A stretch of DNA of 63,739 nucleotides, counting the filler, from Perkinsus chesapeaki ATCC PRA-425 (taxonomy: Eukaryota > Protista > Perkinsozoa): NCBI GenBank assembly GCA_013115145.1. It is 10 parts of 10 records of this genome, joined end to end, with 100 filler letters (N's around TTAATTAATTAA, not from the genome) between each part and the next. Parts side by side here need not be neighbours in the genome. Positions count along the whole stretch, not along the records: positions 1 to 1,529 come from JAAPAO010001910.1; positions 1,630 to 22,123 come from JAAPAO010000619.1; 8 more parts are not named here. One strand, written 5' to 3'. A program made the position numbers and the translations under genes. Shown here one piece after another: positions 1 through 10,390 of this stretch. Under the pieces are notes generated by a model. That model ran no database searches. It saw only the letters and a program-made list of their open reading frames with translations, and was not told where the DNA came from. Numbering within the stretch: the stretch's first letter is position 1; each line of letters opens with the position of its first letter.

Positions 1-79
1 TTATATTGCGAGGTAGACAATTGAGTCAGAGGTATCACTAGCAGACAGTTCCCAATGGTAAGCGCCATAGATGGACATG

Positions 80-125
80 GGCTCAGCCAGTGGCTCAGCC
101 AGTGGCTCAGCCAGTGGCTGAGCCA
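80..125. repeat. 12-bp tandem repeat TGGCTCAGCCAG, about 4 copies; last copy inverted (TGGCTGAGCCA)
   Basis: Read directly. Each unit is the palindrome TGGCT-c-AGCCA plus G. Confidence 0.9.
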
Positions 126-842
126 CAGAGAACCTTCACCGGTGGCTTTAAGAAGCTGTTGAGAGCTTCAACTTGGAGTGGTGCGCCGCGCTGGCGCCAC
201 GACGCGTGACGCCAGCACGGCCCATGACATAAGCATGACATAAGTTATGTTTGATGAGTAACTCATCAGCAAGTTCCCAGTAGCGGTTGCCCAAGCGTCA
301 AGCCCCGTGCCATGTGTACACGTGCGAGGCAAGCTTGTGGATGGAGGCGTGATCGATAAGCCGATTGATACTATCGATAGACGATGGCCGGCTCTGGTAA
401 CACAATCCCAAAGGCCTTATACAAAGTAGTGCTTAGCGGGCAGGCAATACAACTTCGAGATACAATAGCTTCAGACTTCGCCGAGGTCTCAAGTGTGGTA
501 AAATATGTTCTCCATCGGGTACACCTGTGCGTGAGGAAGTCACGGTGCTGAGGAAACGAGTTGTATTAGATAAAGGGCCAAAGCTGGCTCTCATAAGCTT
601 ATTCCAGCAGTTGAATCTTTCAACTCGAAACGCAGTATTGAGTCCGGCTATTTAAGGTATGATACTTCCGCATCATCAAGTAAACGAAAGAAGCCATCAG
701 GACTCGAGGAAGGACCTCCACATCGAAGATAATTTGATGCAAATCTCTCTTCCTTCAGTGGGCGCTTATGGAAGCAGCAAATTTGTGGGTAGTTATCAAG
801 AATTGAGAACAAGTTCAAGGGAGCGGTCATCGTCGCGAGGGA

Positions 843-1529
843 GTGTGGCGGAGTGAGAGAACTTCAGAGCTGGTAGACCAGTGCGGGAAGCCAGTGGGCG
901 ACCGCGATGTGGGAGGACAAGATAACTTCGATTGGATTGGCCACGCTCGAAAAGTACTAGAAACATTTGATGACCGAGTAATAGGCATGGTGGACGGTAC
1001 GGGAGTACCCGCTGCAGTTAAATGGGAGGGACCCATGAAGGTGGATGAGAGGTACCAACGAGTGAGTGAGGCCTTAGCAGATTGCGTGTGGGAAGAAGCG
1101 CGGAGATGGATGACGGAGCCTGGGGTGGCGGAGTTTTTACATGTCTTCCAGCGAAGTAGTAGGGAGGAACAGGAGACGCTCAGTTCTGAGTGGAGAGAGC
1201 TAGGAATAGAGAGAGTAGGCGAGAGACTAGCGAGGAGATTTGCGAAAGTGCTATCCGTGGAAGGAATGGCGGACGTTGACACGCTACTCAAGAGGGCATC
1301 CCCGGCATCCCCTATTCGTGGGAGGTTATTAGAATGCTTATGCCGAGCGACGAGTGAAGGCACTAGCTATGACGATTTAGATATCTGCTACGCTATAATG
1401 GGCCTGGGTGGAGCCCCGGTGGGTATTGAGGCTCCTAATCTGTTGGAGAACGAGGATATTTGGCCAGCATATAACCAAAAGCCTCTTAAGAAAGGGGAGT
1501 GTGAGGGGATACGGTGGTGTGGCAAAGAT
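843..1529 (+). mobile_element. Partial ORF, possibly a retroelement polyprotein fragment upstream of RT (runs into gap)
   Basis: Intronless open frame of about 229 codons with no stop before the gap. The segment DDLDICYAIMGLGGAPVGIEAPNLLENEDIWP resembles, from memory, the pre-RT region of DIRS-like elements. No RT motif is visible. Confidence 0.3.
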
Positions 1530-1629
1530 NNNNNNNNNNNNNNNNNNNNNNNNNNNNNNNNNNNNNNNNNNNNTTAATTAATTAANNNNNNNNNNNNNNN
1601 NNNNNNNNNNNNNNNNNNNNNNNNNNNNN
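1530..1629. other. Artificial contig-joining spacer (N-run + TTAATTAATTAA + N-run)
   Basis: The same 100-nt all-frame-stop linker recurs at 22124-22223, 26898-26997, 31747-31846, 35557-35656, 41073-41172, 42760-42859, 51016-51115 and 61033-61132. Confidence 0.98.
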
Positions 1630-1698
1630 GCCTAGCTCAGTCGGTAGAGCGCAAGGCTCTTAACCTTGTGGTCGTGGGTTCGAGCCCCACGGTGGGTG
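1630..1698 (+). tRNA. tRNA-Lys(CTT); first ~4 nt lost in the gap
   Basis: D arm GCTC-AGTCGGTA-GAGC; anticodon arm CAAGG-CTCTTAA-CCTTG with CTT at 1659-1661; T arm GTGGG-TTCGAGC-CCCAC; followed by TTTT Pol III terminator. Confidence 0.93.
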
Positions 1699-4600
1699 TT
1701 TTATGTTTTTGATACTATGGCGGTACTGCCATATTACCCAACAGATCTCACACTGTACAATATGAGTCATCCTTACCGACATAGGCTCCGTGATATACCC
1801 ACAGAACGGTCTGCTCAAAACTTTCTCTCGTGTGGTCGCAGTCTTGATACACCTGATAAGTACCAATAACACCACGTACAACCCTAGCCTAGGGTCCCCT
1901 GGGTATCTTAGAGGTCTCACGCTTCGGGATTATGGGTTCCGTGAGCTCTGTTCTTGACGGTAATATCAGCCAAACAAATGCGAAATTGTTCCGGGTGACT
2001 CGAACAATATTTAGCAGCGTATCTATAGGCAATCGTTCACCAATCTTCATAAAGTCCAACACGCATAAGTCAAATAACATCCGAGTAAGCAAGCTTAGAG
2101 ACGAAGCCATATGGCCATGATATCCTCCGCAATTATCACCAGCGGAATTTAAAGGTTCGAGCGGAAGCTACTTGCCGTACTCATCAGCTGCACCAGCAAA
2201 CATCCTGCATACATCTGAGGTCCACTGATTCATATGAGGTTTGATCAGCTCCGTCGAGCTGCCCAGCTTGTGCACATGTTTCAGCTAGGCAGATATTTTA
2301 TCAAATCGAGTACCGGCACGGTCATGCCTACTTGGGGACCGACCGGATTCTCTCTATCAGTGTACTTAGCATCGCTCAAACCGCGTTCCATTCGTTCCAC
2401 CCCCAGAACTAGACATACGTCGCCTACACCAAAGAAGCTCACATAGCCACAAAATACAATCTTACCACACAAACCAGCCTTGAGGAGGCTGCGAGCAAGG
2501 AAGAGTCCGCCGCTCCCTGCTGAGCAGTTGAGGTTAGTATTAATAATCTGGTGAGCAAGTGAGCGAGGTCAATCGTTATGGTTACAGGGATGCCAGTAAG
2601 CCCCATCTCATACAGTGCTCTATGACCAGCGGCTGTATCACCATAGTTCCACCTGAACACAAACCGACACTTTAAAAACATCTTGCAGGATTGTTACGAT
2701 CGGATCAATCGTAAAGAGCCAGACAGTAGCGACCAGAACGTTTGAGCAGCTTCAGAATGAAATGGCTAACCCTCGTACGCTGCAACGGCAACGGTAACAT
2801 CCTTGTATTTAAGGCCGCTATCCTGTAAGGCCTTGGTGCATGCTATTCGAGCGTATTCTGTATAGTCCAGACTAAAGCACGATGCATCGTGACTGAATAG
2901 TTAATGTTTTCGCTACCTGTCTTTTGATTGCGGCATTCTAAATGGACACACCCCACCGCCAATAACATAAACTTTGTTGCCGTTTGACATTATATAAAAT
3001 GCCCAATACACCATTCCGGTGATTATAACACAAAGGCTCAGCGGAAGGAAACTAATTCATTAAGGAGGACGCGATCATGTTGGGGTGTTCGGAGGAGTCT
3101 TCTCAATTCGCGCTCTGAAAAGCAGTAAATTGGCAAGTTTAGTCAATACGGTTATAGAGCCATGCAGGGGACGCTTTTGACCCAGCTGACGGAGGTTTAC
3201 CTTGTTTGGAAAATTGCTTTCCATTTCACAACACCTAATGCTTCGTGAACTTCGCTCATCACATTCCCATCACCATCTTCGTTTGTAAAGTACGGCGTTC
3301 GCTTTCCTAATTGTAAGACATTCCTCACATCAAGCGAGAAATTCCTGAGCTTGCCCACCGGTCTTCTTGAATACGATTAAGTGCTTCTTCAGCGGTTCCA
3401 TCTTCCCTTCGAGGACGTGATGGCCCAAGATAATCTCAGGGTTACCCTGAAGTGGCAATCATGCGACAACCACGTACCCCCCGAGACGCTTACAGCAGAG
3501 TTGATGGTGAGTTGGCCTAGAACACGCCCATCAAACTTGCCATCAGGAGAACGTATTGCACCCTGAAGGCCGGCAATGAAACGTAGTCTCGCCGGTGGGT
3601 GTCTACCTGGAGTTCAATCAGGAAATAACCATCTGTGAAGGTGCCCTCTGGGGCCGGCAACATTACACACGCCATACAGCGTGAACAAACAAATTCCGCC
3701 AGGTTACCAGCATCGGCTACTAGGAGTCAACTCAAATCATTGGGCACGACGGAGATACGATAATGCGCTATGCGATAATCTGTTATGCATGCTGTAGTAT
3801 TTACGCATGAGTCAGATCTTCTCGTGAGCAACACGCACAGACGCCCGAGAGAAGTAGGGGTACGCGGACCTTGGACGAGATGGCCGAGCTTGCAGCCTAA
3901 AGCCGTAGATCAGCCGGTGACACTATATAAATGCTTACCCACTAGATGCGAAGGGTGGCCATGCAGCCTCAGACGCCTCCAGGGGATCTGGGTGTGTTAG
4001 GGCCTCGGTGGTCACCAAAGCTGATGCGCCGAAGCGGAGAGGGGCAGGCTTCCCCGGACAAGAACCCACGTAGGTCCTTCCTGATATAAAAGTCAAATAT
4101 GGTCGAAGTTGGCAGCCGAAGATCCATACCGGACCCGACGCAGCGTCCAGCCGACTGGGGCCTGGACGAGCGAGGTGGCGGGGCGTAGATAGCCCTTGGT
4201 GGCGGTTTATACTCGACTCTGGGTGGTGAGTCTGATAATTATAAGCTAAGTCCACGCTATACAAAGCATGTTACTCGCCGAGGAGCATTTCTCTTCCTCT
4301 TGGCTCTTTTTCATGTCACTTATGAGCTTCTGCATGTAGGCATCTCTTTGTGCGAGCCTCTCATTGCGAGTACGCATATCCATGAACAAGCGTGGTGATG
4401 ACTGCCCCAGTCCACGTGGTCGGAGGACTTGCCTGTAGTTCGGAGCATGGCCGGCAGACAAGGGTGACGCAGATACTGCAGCATCACCATCAGCAGTTGG
4501 GGTTGTGACGGTGAACATGTGTAAGCGAACTGCCTTAAGCTCGACTGACTTCGTGCGCCGCATGGCAAGGCACAGTCTTCGACTATTTCTTAGCTGAGCT

Positions 4601-5306
4601 TCGCGAGTACTTTCAGTACAATACACAGTGAACCCTGAGTCTCAAGGAGATCGTGAATCTACGTGTAGCGTAGGCGTTGTTGAAGTGAACCATCCCAGCA
4701 ACATCTCCGACTGTTAAGAATGATTCAATAAGGTCCACAGTTGGACTCCACATTCTCGCAGTAGGGCGGCATAAGGCGTGACGCAATTCCCTGGTGGAAC
4801 TCTTGTAACGTTAGCATGATTTAGTTCACGTACTATACTTGAATTTGTCGGCAGCATTGGAGCACTGTCCCCTATGGATCCATCCACAGTTGCAGTGTCC
4901 GTCTAACTGTTCGTTGATGGCTCGTGCATTCGAGACCCCGTTTTCCGCGACTAAAGCCCTCCAGGCGCGATGCGCCGCTCCATGGCCGCCCTGCGCTGAG
5001 CTTAAACGATGCGCTTGCGTGTATAAGAACACTTTTTAATTATTCATAGTTCGGGTAGTTGTAGGCGCTGTGCCTGATAGCGGTGCTCGCATTAGTAGTC
5101 ATTTCTCCCATTTCCTAATGAGTAACCAAAACATCCCCGATCCCCTTTCTTAGAGTTGTCACTGGGAAGACTCGGTTTAGAGCCACAACACGCTACAAAG
5201 TGGACTTGGTGACTCACCAATGGTGTGGGCCTCAGCGTGAGGCTATGTCCATCCTTATGGGGTGATGGTTTTACTTTCTCCGTAAGGTATTTATTGATTC
5301 CCCCAC

Positions 5307-6368
5307 ATGCTTGCCCGTGATATCAGTGGTACCTTGTTCCTTCTCGTAGCCCTGCAAGGTTTAACCGCCGCCAACAAGCTGATGAGGGCTCCACTGGTGC
5401 TCGACAATGAAGACCCGATAGTTCACATCAAAGTGGACGGTCAAGAAGTGGGTTTACTGGCTGACACTGGTGCATTGTCACTCTTCCTCATTTGGAAGGC
5501 CTGGTACACTGAAACGTACCAGAAGCCTTGTGATTCCTCAATATTCGGTTGTTATGAGTGTAACCCCTCGCCATGTCAGGAGGGGCCTACCGAAACCATC
5601 GAGTTCGATGAAGGTTCCAACGTAACCGTGTTCGATCACAGCGGTTTAATCAAATTCGCCGAAGGAGTAGCTGGAGGCATAAACTTTGGACTTATTTGCG
5701 GTTTCGGGTCACCGGACCCAACTATGGAAGTGTGGGCTTCTTTGGGATTGGGGCCACCCGACGGTGGCCCGACTTATACCTCGATCACACAGCAGCTAGC
5801 TGATAAGGGGCTCATCGCTGCTTCATCCTCATCGATCTACATGAAGCCCGATGGTGCTAGAATGGTTGGAGAGGTTATATTTGGTGGTGAGGACAAGAGC
5901 AAGTATGACGGTCCGATGAGATTCATCAAAGTCATGAGCGACGACTTCGTCCAATTTTTTACTACCTCTATTGAAGGGCACAAGATACTAATGGGGACCC
6001 AATACGCCAGGGTCGACTCTGGCAGCTACAAGCTCGTAATCCCCAAACGCTTTGAGTCGCAAATCGTGACGCTCATACGGAAAAGGATACAGATAGATAA
6101 AAAAGAGGATATGTTCTTCTTCCATTGTGAAGACTTCAAGTCCTTACCGACAATCACATACACTTTCATGGGCTCACAGGGTGAAGGGGTCCCATTAGGT
6201 ATATCGTTAGGTGCTTTATTCTTGCCTTATGAGCAAGGGCTGTGCTACCTGCCCTTGTATTTCGTTGACGAAGACATTTGGATACTTGGATCAATTGCCT
6301 TTGTTAATCACTACTGGTCGTTCGATTGGGGCAACTCTCGTATCGGTGTAGCCAAAAGTAAATCGTGA
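5307..6368 (+). CDS. Secreted pepsin-like (A1) aspartic protease, intronless
   Basis: 353-aa ORF with hydrophobic signal peptide, two catalytic motifs (LADTGA, VDSGS), and the family-typical WILG..F and RIGVA C-terminal motifs. Confidence 0.9.
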   Translation: MLARDISGTLFLLVALQGLTAANKLMRAPLVLDNEDPIVHIKVDGQEVGLLADTGALSLFLIWKAWYTETYQKPCDSSIFGCYECNPSPCQEGPTETIEFDEGSNVTVFDHSGLIKFAEGVAGGINFGLICGFGSPDPTMEVWASLGLGPPDGGPTYTSITQQLADKGLIAASSSSIYMKPDGARMVGEVIFGGEDKSKYDGPMRFIKVMSDDFVQFFTTSIEGHKILMGTQYARVDSGSYKLVIPKRFESQIVTLIRKRIQIDKKEDMFFFHCEDFKSLPTITYTFMGSQGEGVPLGISLGALFLPYEQGLCYLPLYFVDEDIWILGSIAFVNHYWSFDWGNSRIGVAKSKS

Positions 6369-7272
6369 TTCTCAAGTTGTCTGCGATTGCCACGGGCTCA
6401 TCGTACATTTCTTACTATGGACCGTAAATATAAGTCTTCTATGTGACACTTGGACCTTGCATCCGAGTTGCTCGGTGGCTGTCTGGTTCCACAACAACGG
6501 CATTCCTCAGTCAGGCCGTTCGCAACTACAGAAAGAACCATCAGGCAGCCAGCCAGCAACATCATGTACAGTTCATAAGAGTCTTATGATTAGACCGCTT
6601 TTTATTTACAAAAGATCCTCTATCCTTCAAGGATTCTCAGACTCCTTGCTCACGCTTCGCGTTGTAGTCCTACCGGGTAGAGTCAGGAAAGGCGCTGCGC
6701 GGACTCAGGCTCCACGAGATTCTGCTGTTCTTGGCTCACGAGCTTTCCGCAACCAGGTAAGGAGTGCAAGAAGGCAGTAACTCAATAGCTATTTCATGTA
6801 ACACAGGCAGGTGCCACCTCCGGGTCCCGGAGTCCGGGAACTCTGTAACGTAATTTTTCAAGAGAATAACGCAGCCGTTTGGTGAACCGAAGCTCATGCG
6901 TGGCGAGTATTTCAAGTGTCGCTTGAGCGGTCATATCCCTCGTCCAGGGCACCGGGTGAAAGGCTGCGCACGGCAAGACTCGTAAGATAGAGTATATAAA
7001 TCATATAAGACTCATATTATAAGTATAAAGTATAATACAGTATAATTTGTGACTCATAAATTATGAGAATATATATTTGATATATTATATGTAATATATT
7101 TAATATAATATATTATATCACGTAATATATTCTCACCTTACTCTTATCAGCCCCCCCCCGCTTATGGCCACCTATATTATTAAGTAACTCGACAACGAGG
7201 AATGGAAAGGAACTCGTATTTGGGGTAATAATAAACCGACAACAGTGGTAGTGGCCTAACTGACAGCAACAT

Positions 7273-7964
7273 CTAATCCTTCTTCTTAGTCTCGCGTTTC
7301 TTCTCCTGAACTGCTGCCCAATCTCTCTTTTCTTCGCGGTACCTATCCCAGTGCTTCTTGGAGAGCATTTGCTGGAAGACTTACGCATGTAGCGCGTATA
7401 GAGCCATGATGATGTTCGCTGAGATCACAGCGCAGATTCCGGAGTAGCTGAGGATCTAGGGGACGACAAATATGGTGAGTTGAACTTCATTAGCGAGTAT
7501 CTTACCTTGTTCTTGTCAGTGATACCGAGATCGGGCAAGGCCGATTCTACTACGAAGAACACAGCAACAGGCACTATAAGCATAGCGAGCGCTGTGAGGG
7601 CAAATGGGACAGCAACGCTCCTGTTCTCTCCGCGAGTAAGCAAGCTAAATAAGGTGTATCTTAAAGAGGAGAACTGGTAAATTTCCTCAGAAACCTACTG
7701 AATGTCGTCTTACTTGGGACCTTCCTCGGTAGCCTGAGCATTCTTCTCTACCGTCTTCCCCTCCTTCACGTTCTTCTCTACCGTCTTCCCCTCCTTCACG
7801 TTCTTCTCTGCCGTCTTCCCCTCCTTCACGTTCTTCTCTGCCGTCTTCCCCTCCTTCACGTTCTTCTCTACCGTCTTCTCCACCTTCACGTTCTTCTCTG
7901 CCGTCTTCTCAGTGCCGTTCTCCTCAGTATTGAGTTTTTTCTCGCTGGCTTGTTTTTTTGCCAT
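7273..7964 (-). CDS. VMA21: VMA21-like V-ATPase assembly factor, 4 exons, 176 aa
   Basis: Exons 7964-7714, 7644-7506, 7455-7385 and 7342-7273 join in frame across GT-AG introns. Two hydrophobic helices (FALTALAMLIVPVAVFFVV; YSGICAVISANIIMALYALHAY) and a C-terminal KKKD di-lysine ER-retrieval motif. Confidence 0.78.
7741..7910. repeat. 30-bp coding tandem repeat, ~5.7 copies, encoding EKNVKEGKT(A/V)
   Basis: Unit ttcttctct(a/g)ccgtcttcccctccttcacg read directly; lies in VMA21 exon 1. Confidence 0.95.
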
Positions 7965-8328
7965 GATTAAGCTTATGAACTGAATCAAATCCATTGCCTA
8001 TCTCAATAGCCACTCAGACTGATCCGGGCATCCCCTAGTAGGGGACCCCTACATCGCCTTACGATAGTGACAAGACACCACAACAGTATATAGTTACACT
8101 TACAATTGTGTAGTGCGCACAAGTGTATAGTGTCTTCTGAAGAAACACTCCTCCTCAATGGCGAGTCGTATCGGGTAAGAACCTCTCTCCCTTACACGCA
8201 ACTTGAAGATCCACCGTCCGAATAAGAATAGGAGTGATCATTCCCAACTTCACTCTCAAACCCAACACAGCGCAGCTCATACCAGAAACGTTTCCATTGT
8301 GGCATGCCTTCCCTAATGTCTCAGCCAG

Positions 8329-9031
8329 CTAACCATGCTCTCTTCTTGCGTCGGAGAACCTAACCAGCTCGCCTTCCTTCAATAAAAGACATCTTTCTAC
8401 CGGAGGCGGAGGGATTGGTGCGTTGCCCGGTATGAGCTCTCCTGTATTATAAAAGTGCTTTTTTCTATCGTACGGTGTATACAACTGCCGCATCCGCATC
8501 CTCCATGTTCGCTGACACATAACCTCTGCACGCCTATTCGGACGCCGATCGCCTTACGACAGGATGCTTCTTCACGCCATACTTCGATCGTCTGGACCGC
8601 CGGTCCTTCACAGGGAGGCAGTCAAACTTACCTCGAACTACCTGCCATGCGCATGCGTGCAATATTATTGTGTTACGGGGACAAAAGCTATACTTTATAA
8701 TTGCAGCCCGGGATATCATTAGCTCGTCCGCCTCTCACCAGCACTACACTATGAACCTGGAGATTATGCCCGATGCCGGGGATAAACCTACGCCATATTA
8801 TTCACTCGCCCCGAAATGTAACGCTTCTACGCTAGCACGACGCGCTTGTTGCTGAGCCTGACTCTAGCCACCTTCCTCAAACCCGAATGTGGCTTTCTAG
8901 GTGACTTCACTGTAACCTGTAGTTGACTTCTAAACTCGTTACCAAACTGACCAAGATACGCACCTTCACGCAAATACCTTTTTTGAAGGGGTTCCCTTCC
9001 AGCCATTTTGATCTGGTATTCCAGCCTCTTC
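8329..9031 (-). CDS. MRPS12: Nucleus-encoded mitochondrial ribosomal protein uS12m, multi-exon; 5' exons probably extend to ~9250
   Basis: Spliced translation [104 protein letters not shown] is bacterial-type S12 with a C-terminal extension. Both ends are uncertain. Confidence 0.9.
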
Positions 9032-9399
9032 CTGAGGGCAATAAAACGGCTATTAGAGATAAATATTGAGATAGGAGATGAATATATTCATAGAACCACA
9101 TGCCCGGCCTTTTTCAAAAGACACCTGTGTACTGTAGCTGTGTTGATAACAGCAGGTATAAGGTATTAACCACAGTACTGTTATCACGAGCAAATATAGA
9201 TGTAGCCAGCTGGACACACACACATAAGCTTGTTGCGTGGTAACATTGACTGTGCCAGCTATTTAATCAATATAAATATACATGGTAAGGAAGTATATAA
9301 TAATATGTATGATGAAATATTATTGAATTATCAACTTACTAAATTTATATACTATGTGTTCAAGTTGATAAATACTAACAAAGCTGATAAGAGCAACTA

Positions 9400-10248
9400 A
9401 TCGACCATCGACCGTTCAACATTCTCCCTGCCTAAATCACGGTACTATTATTCGTTATTAGCAATGCGAAGGCACCTTGATAGTACAACCCTTCCTTATC
9501 AATCAGAATAGTGTCTTATTGCTTATTGAGACTAGCACTAGAACGCGTAACAAGTAAGCATATCCGAGCCGATTAACTACTGCTTCCGAATATACCCGCA
9601 TCACTGCTACCCGCGTACGTCAAAGGATACAAGAGGTAATGCCGAGAAATGAACAAGGCCTCACGGAGGCACTTTGGAGTGTTCAAAATGCGACAGCTGG
9701 AATCATCAAAACGCAGACTGGGTATTACTTGGTACGAATTTAGGAACTCTTTTATAGAATAGTCTGCCTCGCAGTCTGAAGGTGTATCCTCGACTACCCA
9801 GAGGCACGGCTGTATCGATTGGTGATGACAGAATCGAACAGGATGCAATAGGACCCAATACCGATGTCCGCGAGAGAGGCGGCTGGCTTACAATACCAGT
9901 AGGAAACTAAAACCAACAACAAAGGGTTTACCACTGAAGGATACCTTGAGAAGGGAACGAGACTACTTGGGAGCCCTCCGAGGAAAAGCCATCTGGATTA
10001 ATGAGATAGATAATTTCCGTATCTTTGCAGTCTAAAATAGAACTCTATTACACATACTAACACAGGGGCCTTCTCAGGATTTCAAGATGCTCTCATGCCC
10101 ATCATTCTCTCATTGGTCTCACCGCGATTTGTCCACTATTTCCGACAAAGCCCCCCGTCTTCTGTGCACCGGACATAAATCCCCTCAAAGAAGAGGTACA
10201 GCACAGTTTGACTGCCCCAGACCGCCTCCCCAAATGAGCAGCTAGCAT
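9400..10248 (-). CDS. Possible small multi-exon gene with a mitochondrial-targeting-like N-terminus
   Basis: ATG at 10248 gives MLAAHLGRRSGAVKLCCTSSLRGFMSGAQK followed by a GT donor. Downstream exons could not be resolved and no family was recognised. Confidence 0.25.
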
Positions 10249-10390
10249 TCGCACTATACAAAAACTGCTGCAAAAACTGACGAACGATCGCCCAACACAA
10301 AGCTGCTTCGCTCACAGAATCACCATTGAGATGATATCAAGTATTAAAGGTTTTAAAATTCTCATTCCGCCACTTCAGAAATTATTTTAC

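Noticed and set aside
1574-1585. Recurrent TTAATTAATTAA motif
   Set aside because: Always embedded in a 100-nt N block; it is an assembly linker with stops in all six frames.
1700-4700. Fragments resembling RT, RNase H or integrase motifs on the minus strand (e.g. ILGHHV..GKMEP, HDAS)
   Set aside because: Motifs are short, in different frames and riddled with stops. A decayed retroelement is possible but cannot be supported without a profile search.
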